From NCBI GenBank assembly GCA_963575745.1, contig CAUYUJ010000237.1, positions 124,001 to 188,000 of the forward strand: a stretch of 64,000 nt of DNA. Reading direction: 5' to 3'. The DNA comes from Prorocentrum cordatum (taxonomy: Eukaryota). Positions 1 through 12,083 of the stretch are shown here, one piece after another; the stretch's first letter is position 1; every line of letters starts with the position of its first letter. The notes under the pieces were generated by a model that was not told the DNA's origin, made no database searches, and was given only the letters and a program-made list of their open reading frames with translations. Both the position numbers and the translations under genes were made by a program.

Positions 1-109
1 GACCCAGCATTGAGCCACAAAAGAACCGAAGGAAAACACAACAAACAAACAACACACATACTTCACTACTTACTCATTCCACCGTTCCACTGCTCCACCG
101 TCCGCTTTC

Positions 110-149
110 TTCTAATTCCCCCCCCTTCCCCCCTGCCCCCCCCTTCACT

Positions 150-180
<31 letters not shown>

Positions 181-945
181 CACCTCCTCTCCTCCCGTCT
201 TTCTCCTCCTCCTCCTCCTGCTTGCTTCTCCTCCTCTTATCCCCCTCCTCCTCCTTCTCCTCCTCCTCCTCCTTCCTCCCTCTCCTCCTCCCTCCTCCTC
301 AGCCGCTTCTCCCCCAAATCGGACGGTGCGCACGTCGTGCCAGACCCGGGCACTCGCCCGGCCACTGGGGGCACACGTAGTTTGTTCATTGTAGCGGTGC
401 GATTTTGCCCTTTTTTCCTCTCAAACAAAAACAAGGGCCCCTTCTCATCTCCTCCTCCTCCTCCTCTCCTCATCCTCCTCCTACTCCTCCTCCTCATTCC
501 TACCTCAGTCTCACTCCTCCTCCTAACACGTCTCACGTCCTCCCATCCTCCTCCTTACCCTCCTATTACTCCTCCTCTTCTCCTCCTCCTCCTCCTCATC
601 CCCTCCTCTCCTCCCCATCCATCTTCATCATCATCATCATCAGGGGGGGGGGGGGCAGGAGGAGGGAGGAGGGAATGTGAGGAGGAGGAGAGAAAAGGGG
701 GAAGGCGGGGAGGGGGGAGGATGAGGAGCAGGAGCAGGAGGAGGAATTGCAGGAATGAGGAGTGAGAAGTGACGAATGAGGAGGAGGAGGAGGAGGAGGA
801 GGAGGAGGAGGAGGACCTGGAGCTGGAGGAGGAGGAGGAGGAGGAGGAGGAGGAGGAGGAGGAGGAGGAGAAGGAGGAGGAGGAGGAGGAGGAGGAGGAG
901 GAGGAGGAGGAGGAGGAGGAGGAGGCGGAGGAGGAGGAGGAGGAG
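110..945. repeat. (CCT)n / (GAG)n low-complexity microsatellite tracts
   Basis: Direct read: CCT-rich 110-620, GAG-rich 660-945; the overlapping poly-E/R/P/S ORFs are artefacts. Confidence 0.95.
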
Positions 946-1156
946 TGGAAGGAAGATACGGCACTGCAGGGAAACGTCGCGCGGTGCGCAAAGACGCTCA
1001 CCTAAGAAAGGAGACGGCCAGACGCTTGCCTCGGAATCTGTCAGTGACGCGCCCCCCCACCCGAGGGATCGCGGGGAGAGCGCCCAGACCCATGAAAGGA
1101 GAAGGGAAAAGGAACTGGGCTGGCGCAGGGAAAGCGTCAGCCCAGAGTTCCAGACA

Positions 1157-1456
1157 GGCTTGCGGCATCACCTGGGACAGCGCTATGCACTATCCTCCAG
1201 GCTGTGCCCCCCTCAAGGCGATGGGAGTCCACCGGAGCCGCTCCCTGGGAGCGGAGGTGTGTGGCGCCACTTGGGAACGCACAGCTCGTGCTATCCGCCA
1301 GGCCGTGCCTCCCGCAAGATGCAGGAAGTCCACCGAAGCCACTCCCTCGAGAAATGCCCTGAACCAGGTCTGCGGCATCACCTGGGACAGCACAGCGCGT
1401 GCTATCCGCCAGGCTGTGCCCCCTCCGTGCGAGGGGAGTCCACCGAAGCCACTCCC
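1157..1456 (-). ncRNA. Three tandem copies (1157-1245, 1256-1346, 1367-1456) of a ~90-nt putative structured RNA motif
   Basis: Minus-strand consensus GGGAGYGGCTYCGGTGGA-[hairpin]-CAYRGCCTGG-[hairpin]-CCARGTGRYGCCRCA. Hairpin sequences differ between copies but keep pairing. A fourth copy is at 4015-4101 (+). Confidence 0.55.
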
Positions 1457-3078
1457 TGGCTGCTGGGGCTGAAGATCCAAGCAAGCCGCATTGGGCTGAC
1501 CCGGTCGATCGTGAGAGGACGGGCACATAATCGCATCTAGGCTATCTGCCCGCAGCGTATCAGAGACTACGGCCATCTCATCCTCATCAGAAGAGTGAGG
1601 AGGGGGAGGAGAAGGAGGAGGAGGAGGAGGAGGCGGAGGAGGAGGAGGAGGAGGAGCAGCAGCAGCAGCAGGAGGAGGAGGAGGAACAAGTGGAGGCGTG
1701 AGGAGTCCGTCTGCCGTTCTCCGTGGGAGGCGGGAGAATGGACGGAGGAGGGCGGACGGCGGACGGACTCCTCAGTCCTCCTCGCTTCTCATGCTTCCTC
1801 CTGCTCCTCATCCTCCCCCTCCCCGCCCTCCCCCTGTCCCTCCTCCTCGCCTTCCCCCCTCCTCCTGCTCCCCTTGAAGAAGAGGAGCGAGGCGTGAGGA
1901 AGAGGAGGAGGAGGAGGAGGAGGAGGAGGAGGAGGAGGAGGAGGAGGAGGAGGAGGAGGAGGAGGAGGAGGAGGAGGGGGAGAAGGAGGAGTGAAAGGGG
2001 GGACGGGGAGTGGGTGGGGGGACGGGGGCGGAACGAGGAGAGAGGAGACGGTGGAGCAGTAGAACGGTGGAGTGGTTAGGTATTGAAATGTGTGTTTTGT
2101 TGTTTGAGCTGTTTGGTTTCTTCCCCATGTCCTAAGATCGTATTGTGGTTATTACTTAGACGCCTCCTGCGCCCTCTTCTCCTCCTCTTCGCCCCCATGC
2201 TATGGTTCGGTGTGTTATGATATGGGTTGGTATGACATGTTATGGTATGGCATGGTATGTGTTATTTTGTTATGGTATGACATGATGTGGTATGGTATGT
2301 TATGGCTTGCGATGCCATATTATGGTATATGATGGTGATGATATTGCTGATGATGATGGTGGTGGTGGTGGTGGTGATGATGACGCTGGCGGAGCAAAGT
2401 CTGAGGATATCTCGAGCGAGGCGCGGGTTTCAGCATCCCCAAGTGGGAGCCGCTAGGAGGTATTGCACTCCTCCGTTCGCGCCAAAATGGCGGGAAATCT
2501 CGAGCGGTTTGCGTGTTTTGTGGCCCAACATCCTCCGCTTTCGGAGCAGATGTGGAGGATGTCTCGAACGAGGCGCTCATTGTCGCCTCCAAGTGGGGCC
2601 AGACTGTGAGGATGTCTCGATCGGTTTGCCTGTTTTGGTGGCCAGACTCGTGGGCACGGATCCTCCCCAGGATGCCACGGGAGGCTCCAGCAGGCTCCAG
2701 GGTGCCCCAGGAGGCAACAGGAGGTCCCAGGAGGCATCAGGAGGCCACAAGAAGACTCGAGAGGCCGAGGCCCCAGGAAGCTCCAGGAAGGCCTCAGGAG
2801 GCTCCAGAATGCCCCAGGAGGCCAAAGGAGGCCCCAGGAGGCCCCAGGAGGCAACAGGAAGCGCCAGGAGGCACCAGATGGCCCCGGAAGGCACCAGGAG
2901 GCCCCAGGAGTGGCCATAGGAGTGGCTCCAATCCCACGTGTTGTACGTATGCTCCTATAGATTGTGCTTCCCCTGGAGCACGAGTCATTCGTGTTTTACA
3001 CATGTGTACATCGATTATCTCTCTCCTGTGTATCCAGCCCTAAGTGTTTTACGAATGTTCCTATGGATTGGGCATCCC

Positions 3079-4307
3079 GTGCGATGGCGCTGCCTAGAGG
3101 GGCTCTGGATCCCGTGACGGCTGCCCGCCTCGTCGAGGCGGCTGTGCGCGGGGCGCTCGGGGCGCCGAGGCGCACGGTGGCGGCGGTTGCGCGGTCAGCG
3201 GTCTCGGCGGCGGCCTTCGCCGTCGCGGCGCCGCCTCCGCCCGCCGCCGCCGCTGCCGCCGGGGCGCCACCTCCTGTTCCTCGTCCTGGTGTTCCGGGCC
3301 GCGCAGGTGCTGCTGCGGCCGACCCGACGGCGCTCGCAGCTCGGCGTCGGCGCCGCCGACAGCGCCGCGCGGCGCTGAAGGCCGCCGCGGCGCCCCTGCA
3401 GCCGCAGGCGAGGGCGTTGGGCGGGCTGCTGGAGCCGCTGCTGCCGCTGCTGGTGCGGGCCTCGCGCTCGCCCCCGTGGCCGCTGTGGAGGCGGAGGCTG
3501 CCGACGCGGAGATGGAGGACTTCGACGACGCATGGGCCGACGGGCTCGTGCGATTCCCCGATGGTGGGGCGGTGGCGGCCGCTGCGGAGGCCCGCCCGCC
3601 TCCCTCGGACGGGGCCGCTGCCGCGGCGGAGGCGGCGGATCCAGCTCGCGGAGCTGGAGGAGCTGCTGGTGCTACGGGGTGCGGCCTCGGGTGCGACGGC
3701 CAGGCCGACGGTGCCACGCGGCGGCGGCGCGGGCCCAGGCGCCATCGGGCGAAGGCGGCGGCGGAGCTGGGTGTGGCGCTCGCGGTGGCGGCGCCTGTTG
3801 TAGGCGGAGCTGCGGCTTCGGTGGTCGGCCCTGAGGATGCCTTCTTGGTGGCCGACGGCCTCCTTCGCCAGGCGGCTGACTACGAGCATCGGCTCAGCGA
3901 GCAGCTTCGGCAGATGCTGGAGTCCGTGAGCTGGAGGCCTGCCAGCGCCCTTTAGCTCGCGCTCGCGGGTGGCGCGCCTTGCGCCTGGTGGCTCCCTCCG
4001 CCTCTGCTCCTGAAGGGGTGGCTTCGGTGGACTGCCCTCTTTGGAGGGTGGCATAGCCTGGAGGGTGCCCCGCGGGGGTGCCCCAGGTGATGCCGCAGAC
4101 CTCGGTAGAGCAAGCCGAGCATTCGTCAGCCTCGGCCTCTGCGGCAGCGGCGGTGTCAAGGGGAGAGCATTCGGTGGTCTGGCCCCGTTCGGGGCTGGCA
4201 CGGCCAGGTGGGCGCCTCGCGCGGGCGCCCCTGGTGACGGCGCACACGCTGGAGCCACCCCAGGACCGAGCTCGTGCCGCGCGAGCCGAGGGCACAGCTA
4301 AACAAAA
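3079..4307 (+). mobile_element. Retroposed insert with an Ala-rich/basic/acidic ORF (ATG 3084, frameshifted, stop 3955), structured 3' region and aaacaaaa tail
   Basis: Splits the host unit attgggc(ctctcc)|tggggcacgagtcc, which is intact at ~6602-6628. Encodes MALPRGALDPVTAARLVEAAVRGALGAPRRTVAA; A-rich end at 4300-4307. Confidence 0.7.
4015..4101 (+). ncRNA. Fourth copy of the ~90-nt structured motif, 3' of the ORF in the retroposed insert
   Basis: ggggtggcttcggtgga-ctgccctc tttg gagggtgg-catagcctgg-ag ggtgcccc..ggggtgcc-ccaggtgatgccgcagacc. G-U pairs favour this strand as the RNA. Confidence 0.55.
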
Positions 4308-5259
4308 TGAGGCACGAGTCCTCGGTGATTTATGCGTGTTCCTGTAGGCAGCCCTTCTACTGCGGCTCCAATCCGCAGTGCTTCATGTACGTATGTTCCT
4401 ATTTGGGCCTCTCCTGAGGCACGAATCATCTCCAGGAGGCCCCCAGGATGCCCAGGAGGCCCCAGGAGGCCGCGCGAGGCCACAGGAGGCTTCAAACGGC
4501 CACTGGAAGCCCCGAGAGGCCCCAGAAGGCCCAGAGAGGCTCCAGGAGGCCCCAGGAAGCCCCAGGAGGTTTCAGGAGGCCCCAGGAGGCCCCAGGCTCA
4601 TGCGCGCAGACTCGCTCGTACAACTGAGGCCCATTCACACTCCAATTCTTTCACAGTTAGACTCACCCCCAGTCTATCAATACTCAAACCCGTTCGTTCT
4701 CGAAGTCTCTTGCGCCTCGGCGCTCACAGCGGGAAGGTCCATGCTAATTGATGCACATATATAGGGAGCTCCACGCAGTGAGTAATCGGTTTGTGCTTAA
4801 GTTTTGGATATGTGGTTGTTTCGTTGTCTTTGGCTGTGCCTTGTGTTTTGTGGGATTTCTCGCCGCCCGCGTATGGCATCTACGGGCAGGCTTGCATGAC
4901 GCATTGCTGCCGCAGTTCGTCGTTCACGGGGGGGAGGGGGAGGAGGAGGAGGGGGAGGTGGAGGAGGAGGCGGATGAGGCGAGGTGGAGAAGGAGGGAGA
5001 GAGGATAAGCAGGAGATGCAATTTCGGTGCTTTTGTTCGGGGTTCGAGTTTTTTATCGGGGGCTTCTGAGGGGTTCGGAGCGGCGCAAGTTGCTGGGGCT
5101 GGAGGCTCTCTTCTGGGAGCTCCTTGGCAATTGTCGGAGTCATCCGGGGGCTTCGAGGCACGTGGGAGTGGTATGAGACCTCTATGGGGTCTGGGGCTTT
5201 ATTCCCCATATCCTAAGATGGGGCTCTTGTTCCCCATATCCTAAGATGGGGTTATTGTT

Positions 5260-8200
5260 ATTACTTGGACGCCTCCTACTCCTCCTCCTCCTCCTCCCTC
5301 CTCCTCTTTCCTCCCCCCCTCCTGTCGGAGTTACTCATACTCAGACTTGCTCATACACAGACCTACTCATACTCAGACTTACTCATACTCAGACCTGCTC
5401 ATACTCAGATTTACTCACGCTCAGACATACTCATACACAGACTTACTCATACACAGACTTACTCATACACAGATTTGGAGGATGTCTCGAGCGAGGCGCT
5501 CATTTCAGCACCCCTAAGGGGAGCCGCCAGGTGTGTTTGCACGGGCTCGTTCGCGGCCATGTTGTGGGGATGTCTCAGGCGGTTTGCCTGTTTCTGGGCC
5601 CAACATCCTTCGCTTTCGGAGCAGATTTGGAGGATGTCTCGAGCGAGGCGCTCATTTCAGCACCCCTAAGGGGAGCCGCCAGGGGTGGTTGCACGGGCTC
5701 GTTCGCGGCCATTTTGTGGGGATGTCTCAGGCGGTTTGCCTGTTTCTGGGCCCAACATCCTTCGCTTTCGGAGCAGATTTGGAGGATGTCTCGAGCGAGG
5801 CGCTCATTTCAGCACCCCTAAGGGGAGCCGCCAGGGGTGGTTGCACGGGCTCGTTCGCGGCCATTTTGTGGGGATGTCTCAGGCGGTTTGCTTGTTTCTG
5901 GCCCAACATCCTTCGCTTTCGGAGCAGATTTGGAGGATGTCTCGAGCGAGGCGCTCATTTCAGCACCCCTAAGGGGAGCCGCCAGGGGTGGTTGCACGGG
6001 CTCGTTCGCGGCCATTTTGTGGGGATGTCTCAGGCGGTTTGCTTGTTTCTGGCCCAACATCCTTCGCTTTCGGAGCAGATTTGGAGGATGTCTCGAGCGA
6101 GGCGCTCATTTCACCCCCCAGGTGGGCCAGATTTTGAGGATGTCTCGATCGGTTTGCTTGTTTTGGTGGCCAGGCTCGTGGGCGCAGATTCTTCTCAGGA
6201 TGCCACAGGAGGCTCCAACAGGCTCCAGGAGGCCCCAGGAGACCACATGAGGTCCCAGGAGGCATCAGGAGGCCACAGAAAGACTCAAGATGCCACAGGA
6301 TGTCCCAAGAGGCTCCAGGAGGCCCCAGGAAGCTCCAGAAGGCCTCAGGAAACCACAGGAGGCCCCAGGAGGCAACAGGAAGCGCCAGGAGGCCTCGGAA
6401 GGCAACAGGAGGCCCCGAGAGGCCCCAGGAGCAGGAGGCCTCAGAAGGCAACAGGAGTGGCTCCAATCCCATGTGTTTTACGTATGCTCCTATCGATTGG
6501 GCCTCACCTGGAGCACGATTCTTTGATGTTCTACGTATGTTTCTATAGATGGTCCTTCTCCTGTGTACACAATCCTAAATGTTTTACTCATGTTCCTATG
6601 TATTGGGCCTCTCCTGGGGCACGAGTCCTTGGTGTTTTACGCGTGTTCCTATATATTGCCCTTCTCCTGTGGCTCTAATCCGCAATGTTTTATGTACGTC
6701 TGTTGCTATAGATTGCGCCTCTCCTGGGGCACGAAACCTTCCTAGGAGGTCCCAGGAGGTCCCAAGAGGCTCCTGGAGACCCCAGGAAGCCCCAGTAGGT
6801 TTCAGGAGGCCCCAGGAGGCCCCAGGCTCATGCACAGAGACGCGCTCGTACTACTGAGGCTCATTCACACTCCAATTCATTCGCAGTTAGATTGATGTCC
6901 AGACCGTCACAACTGAAGCCCGTTAATATTCGAAAGTTCTTGCGCCTAGACATTCACGGCGGACAGGTCCATGCGAGTAGATGCACATATGGGGAGCTCC
7001 ACGCAGTGAATAATTATTACTTGGACGCCTCCTACTCCTTCTCCCTCCTCCTCTTTCCTCCTCCCCTCCTGTCGGACTCACTCATACTCAGACTTGCTCA
7101 TACTCAGACTTACTCATACACAGACTTACCCATACTCAGACTTACTCATATTCAGACCTACTCATACTCAGACTTACTCACACTCAGACATACTCATACA
7201 CTGACTTACTCATACGCAGACTTACTCACACTCAGTTTGCTTGTTTCTGGGCTCAACATCCTTCGCTTGGAGAGCAGATTGTGAGGATGTCTCAGGCGGG
7301 GCGCTAGTTTCAGCACCCCTAAGGGGAGCCGCCAGGGGTGTTTGCACGTGCTCGTTCGCTGCCATTTTGTGGGGATGTCTCAGGCGGTTTGCTTGTTTCT
7401 GGGCCCAACATCCTTCGCTTTCGGAACAGATTTGGAGGATGTCTCGAGCGAGGCGCTGGTTTCAGCACCCCTAAGGGGAGCCGCCAGGGGTGTTTGCACG
7501 GGCTCGTTCGCGGCCATTTTGTGGGGATGTCTCAGGCGGTTTGCTTGTTTCTGGGCCCAACATCCTTCGCTTTCGGAGCAGATTTGGAGGATGTCTCGAG
7601 CGAGGCGCTCATTTTCACCCCCCAGGTGGGCCAGATTTTGAGGATGTCTCGATCGGTTTGCTTGTTTTGGTGGCCAGGCTCGTGGCCCTAAGGGGAGCCG
7701 CCAGGGGTGTTTGCACGGGCTCGTTCGCGGCCATTTTGTGGGGATGTCTCAGGCGGTTTGCTTGTTTCTGGGCGGGCATCCAACGCTCCTTCGAGAGCAG
7801 ATTTGGAGGATCTCGAGCGAGGCGCTCATTTTCACCCCCCAGGTGGGCCAGATTTTGAGGATGTCTCGATCGGTTTGCTTGTTTTGGTGGCTAGGCTCGT
7901 GGGCGCAGATTCTTCTCAGGATGCCACAGGAGGCTCCAACAGGCTCAGGAGGCCCCAGGAGACCACATGAGGTCCCAGGAGGCATCAGGAGGCCACAGAA
8001 AGACTCAAGAGGCCACAGGATGTCCCAAGAGGCTCCAGGAGGCCCCAGGAAGCTCCAGAAGGCCTCAGGAAACCACAGGAGGCCCCAGGAGGCAACAGGA
8101 AGCGCCAGGAGGCCTCGGAAGGCAACAGGAGGCCCCGAGAGGCCCCAGGAGCAGGAGGCCTCAGAAGGCAACAGGAGTGGCTCCAATCCCATGTGTTTTA

Positions 8201-8734
8201 CGTATGCTCCTATCGATTGGGCCTCACCTGGAGCACGATTCTTTGATGTTCTACGTATGTTTCTATAGATGGTCCTTCTCCTGTGTACACAATCCTAAAT
8301 GTTTTACTCATGTTCCTATGTATTGGGCCTCTCCTGGGGCACGAGTCCTTGGTGTTTTACGCGTGTTCCTATAGATTGCCCTTCTCCTGTGGCTCTAATC
8401 CGCAATGTTTTATGTACGTCTGTTGCTATAGATTGCGCCTCTCCTGGGGCACGAAACCTTCCTAGGAGGTCCCAGGAGGTCCCAAGAGGCTCCTGGAGAC
8501 CCCAGGAAGCCCCAGTAGGTTTCAGGAGGCCCCAGGAGGCCCCAGGCTCATGCACAGAGACGCGCTCGTACTACTGAGGCTCATTCACACTCCAATTCAT
8601 TCGCAGTTAGATTGATGTCCAGACCGTCACAACTGAAGCCCGTTAATATTCGAAAGCTCTTGCGCCTAGACATTCACGGCGGACAGGTCCATGCGAGTAG
8701 ATGCACATATGGGGAGCTCCACGCAGTGAATAAT
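5260..8734 (+). repeat. Head-to-tail dimer of the ~1.7-kb composite element (5260-7014, 7016-8734)
   Basis: 3' halves are nearly identical at a 1720-bp offset (e.g. ORFs 6563 vs 8283). Internal 16-bp tactcatactcagact array and 10-bp ggccccagga array. Confidence 0.9.
5470..6110 (+). repeat. ~152-bp tandem satellite (about 4 units; further units at 7270-7830)
   Basis: Unit agatttggaggatgtctcgagcgaggcgctcatttcagcacccctaaggggagcc...ccttcgctttcggagc recurs at ~151-152 bp spacing. Confidence 0.92.
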
Positions 8735-8859
8735 TTGGGGCGGGCTCGGGAATCCAGGAATGGCGAATGTGCTGGGGCTGGAGTTGGGAGCTCCTTGGCA
8801 ACTGTGGGAGTATGTTGGGAGGCTCTCGGGTACCTCGGAGTGGTCCTTCTTGAATAGCT

Positions 8860-9390
8860 CTCGGGGTCCTCTTGGGCCATTTCTGGGCCCCTCTGAGGCC
8901 GTCTCAGGGACCTCTGTGGTCGTGTTGGGGCCATGTTGGGGGTCTAAGGCCGTCTTAGAGCCCGCCTTGGGGCCTCTTGGACAGTTCCTGGGGCCATCTT
9001 GGGGGGCCACTGGGTTCCGTCAGGCCGTTCGGGGCCTCTCTTGAGACGTCTTGGTCGCCTCTTCGGGGCCTCTTGGACCGTCTTGGGGCGATCTTGCAAG
9101 GACCTGGAGCCGTGCGGGGCCGCTCGGGGCTCGAAGTGGCGAACATGTGGGAAACATCGAACATTAAGTAACGTGTCGGTTTGATTGTTGGCTTCGTCGG
9201 CCGCCACCGGGGTCCCCGTGGTGCCGTCAGAGGAGCCTTCTGGCTGGTCTTCGGCGTCTTCGGGCCTTCTTGGGCCGCCATGTGGCGCGCCATGGGTTTG
9301 CTTGGGCCGTCCTGCCTTCCTCTTGAGCGCATCGGGGCTGTCTTGGGGCCGTCTGAGGCCGTTTTGAGGCCACCCGAGGGCCCGCTGGAA
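8860..9390 (+). repeat. Degenerate ~11-bp ggcc(t/g)tcttg satellite
   Basis: Same motif as the 30-35 kb array; the reverse complement is at ~62.8-63.26 kb. Confidence 0.75.
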
Positions 9391-10259
9391 CCGTGGTGGA
9401 TCGCCCCGAAGCGCGCCAGGATTTCGAGCTGCTCGTCCGTTTCGCATGCGCCGCGACCAGGCTTGTAGTACTGACGGCGGGCGGCCCGAAGTCTGCAATG
9501 AAAACAAGATGCAAGATCATTCGCTGGTTTCGGCTATTCGCTTCAAGTTCATTTCGATTTAGCCAACCCAGCCGACAGAGCACGACGTCCCTGGCGACGA
9601 GTTGCCATTCAAACGCCACGTTGGGGCATCGAGGTGCAGATCGGGGATCGGGTTCATTGATGAGCCCGCTTGAAACGTGCCTACGGATAGACCGAAGCCG
9701 CATGCGCTCGAGCTGGTTCGGAGGAGGATAAGGAGGATGAGCGAGGAGGGTGAGCAGGGGCAGGGGCAAGGAGGAGGAAGAGGAGGAGGAGGAGGAGGAG
9801 GAGGAGATGGAAAGGAGCAGGCAGAAAACGCGAGGAAGAGGAGCGAGGAGAAGGACGACCAGAGTTAATCAAATATGCATGAGCGGTACTGCGATACACC
9901 ATCCCATCCCAAGTCCCTTCCTCACATGCTCCTGTAAGTTGTTGAATGGCAAGCGCCCCCGCTGAAAGACCAGCACAGTTGGGCTTGCCATGTCGGCCAG
10001 GGCTCCGTTTTGAGCAGGAAACGCCTTGCATCTTTATTGCGCGCAATCATGATTTCGAGAATGATCGGACAGTTCAGCGATGTGTCCAATGATACACCCT
10101 TTTTGAAGAAAGACCGCCCTCCCACCCGTGTACTTGTTCCTGCATAAGTGTACATGTGTGATCATGTTCATCAAAGAAAATTGAGACTAGAGCCGCCATG
10201 GACACGTGCGGCGCTACGTGCGTTGATGTCTCGTGCTCTCGAACTTAACGAAAACTTAA

Positions 10260-11030
10260 GGAAGACATGTCTTTTGGAAAAGTAGAGTCCTCCATCCTGC
10301 TAGATCCACTCAAGAACGAAGGCGCGCGGCGCTTAAGCGAGAGCCTCATTCTGAAAACAGCCCGTGCCCAATCTTGGGAATTGTGGCAAGATGCGGGACG
10401 AATGGTCGCGGCGCTAACGCGAAAACTCGATTTTGAAGAAGAACCGCCGTCCATGTGCGCGGCGGTAAGTCGAGAGCGCAATGTTGGAAACCACCGCCTT
10501 TGCCACAGGTAAAACGGTTTCAAGATCAGAAGACAAATGTGTGCGGCGCTAAGGCGAGAGCCGCATTTTGGAAACGACCCCCACTTTTGTTAAATTGGTG
10601 CAAACTTCTGAGACGAATCTGCTCGACGCTAAGGCGAAAATCACAGTTTGCCAGCGCCCCCCTCCGCCATCGTGTGGTTGCTGAAAGCTTTGAAGGCAAA
10701 TGCTTGCGGGGCGAAGGCGAGAGCTCCATGTTGAGAACGGACCGCCCTCCATCCGCACAACGGTTGAAAAAACGTTTAGAACGATTGTGCGCGGCGCTAC
10801 GGCGAGAGCCACGTTTTGAACAGGAGCCGCCCTCCATCCGCGGCACTGCTGCGAACGTTAAGGTCAATGCCATCGGCGCCACGGCGAGAGCTCCATCCTG
10901 AACACCACCCGCCCTCCGTCCGTGGAACAACTGCGAGCTTTTGAGACGAAGGCGCACGACGGCCAGGCGAGAGCTCCGTTTTGAAGACGACCCGCCCTCC
11001 ATCCGTGAAGCCGCTGCAGGTCTCGAGCTC
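10260..11030 (+). repeat. Diverged ~80-85-bp tandem repeat family
   Basis: Recurring gcggcgctaaggcgagagc...ttttgaaaacgacccgccctccatccg; also at 61190-61510 (+) and ~58610-58760 (-). Confidence 0.8.
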
Positions 11031-11123
11031 CGGTCGCAGGCCTGGTGGGGACGTCTGGGGCGAAACGCCCGGCCCGCCACGCCGGCACGCCCCGGGGAGC
11101 GACAGGCACGAGCGGTTCGTAAG

Positions 11124-11289
11124 TCAGGAGGGGAAAACACACACACAGACACAATTGATCGTCGACTCCCCAGAAAGCATGCGAAAATATGGGATGTTGG
11201 GGGGGAAGACAGAAACCCAGACAAGATGGAAAAATGTGGGGAATCATTTTGCTTGTGTGTATTTGTTTGTGTGTCCTGGGGCCCCTTCA
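11124..11289. mobile_element. ~165-bp element family A (TCAGGAGGG...GGCCCCTTCA), 5-bp TSD
   Basis: Exact TSD gtaag (11119-11123 and 11290-11294); homologous copies at 17979-18134 and 52018-52180. Confidence 0.85.
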
Positions 11290-12083
11290 GTAAGGAGCGG
11301 GAGGGCCCACCGCTCCCTGGGAAGGCGGCCCCTCCGCACCCCCCGCCCCGCCTACCTCCGCAGGCGCGGGGGCGGCGCCAGCGCGATCGACCTCGCGACG
11401 CGCCAGCAGCAGAGGCGGCCTGCCGGCGCGGCGCCTGGGTCGAGGGGCGGTGCCCTCTCCCTCTTCCCCCCTTGAGGCCCCCGAGCTTCGAGCTTCGAGC
11501 TGCGGACCACTGCCTCCATGAGGCTGCGGCCTTCGATTCCCCCAAGCTCCTGCTCCTCCTCCTCCTCCCCCTCCCTCCTCCTCCCCCTCCTCCTCCTCCT
11601 CCTCCCCCTCGTCCTCCCCATACTCATGCCGTCCCGTTGCACTGACCATCGACCATTTGCCCTCTTCTCGCGTCGTGTCCGCTGGCCCTCGTCTGGTCTC
11701 TTCTCTTGGCCCGTGCGCTCCTCCTCCTCCTCCTCCTGATTCCTCCTCCTCCTCCTCCTCCTCCTCCTCCTCCTCCTCCTCCTCCTCCTCCTCCTCCTCC
11801 TCCTCCCCCCTCCTCCTCCTCCTCCTCATCCCTCCTCCTCCCTCCTCCTCTCCTCCTCCTCCCCCTCCTCCTCCTCCTCCTCCTCCCCTCCTCCTCCCTC
11901 CTCCTCCCCCTCCTGATCCTCCTCCCCCTCCTGATTCCTGATTCCTGTGGCGGCACGATGCTCGGGGTGTGGCCTCCCCCCCCACCCAGGGCCCGTCGGC
12001 CCTGCAGGGTGGATCAAACTGGGGCCAGGTGCCCCCGGGAGCACCGCTCCAGGGGCCACCGGCGGTGCGGCAGAGAGTAGCAA

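Larger units (their letters stand above)
2151..4786 (+). mobile_element. Composite repeat element, older copy (ATTACT...AGTAAT ends), interrupted by a retroposed insert
   Basis: Same module order as 5260-7014 and 7016-8734: gacgcctcct head, 152-bp-unit sequence, ggccccagga array, ~70-bp units, gggagctccacgcagtga(g/a)taat tail. Flanks tggtt/cggtt may be a 5-bp TSD. Confidence 0.65.

Noticed and set aside
10..2128. Long ORFs rich in E/R/P/S/L
   Set aside because: All frames are open because of (GAG)n/(CCT)n tracts; the same applies to ORFs at 11.3-12.4, 20.2-21.6, 25.7-26.4, 33-34, 41.5-42.6 and 59.3-60.9 kb.
4015..4101. tRNA/SINE, SECIS, HDV or hammerhead identity for the 90-nt motif
   Set aside because: Only a vague A-box-like TGGCTTCGGTGG with no B box or cloverleaf; no ATGA/GA quartet with an AA loop; HDV and hammerhead cores could not be fitted by eye.
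5470..7830. Regularly spaced repeats resembling a CRISPR array
   Set aside because: Whole 152-bp units repeat with no unique spacers; no cas genes; eukaryotic context.
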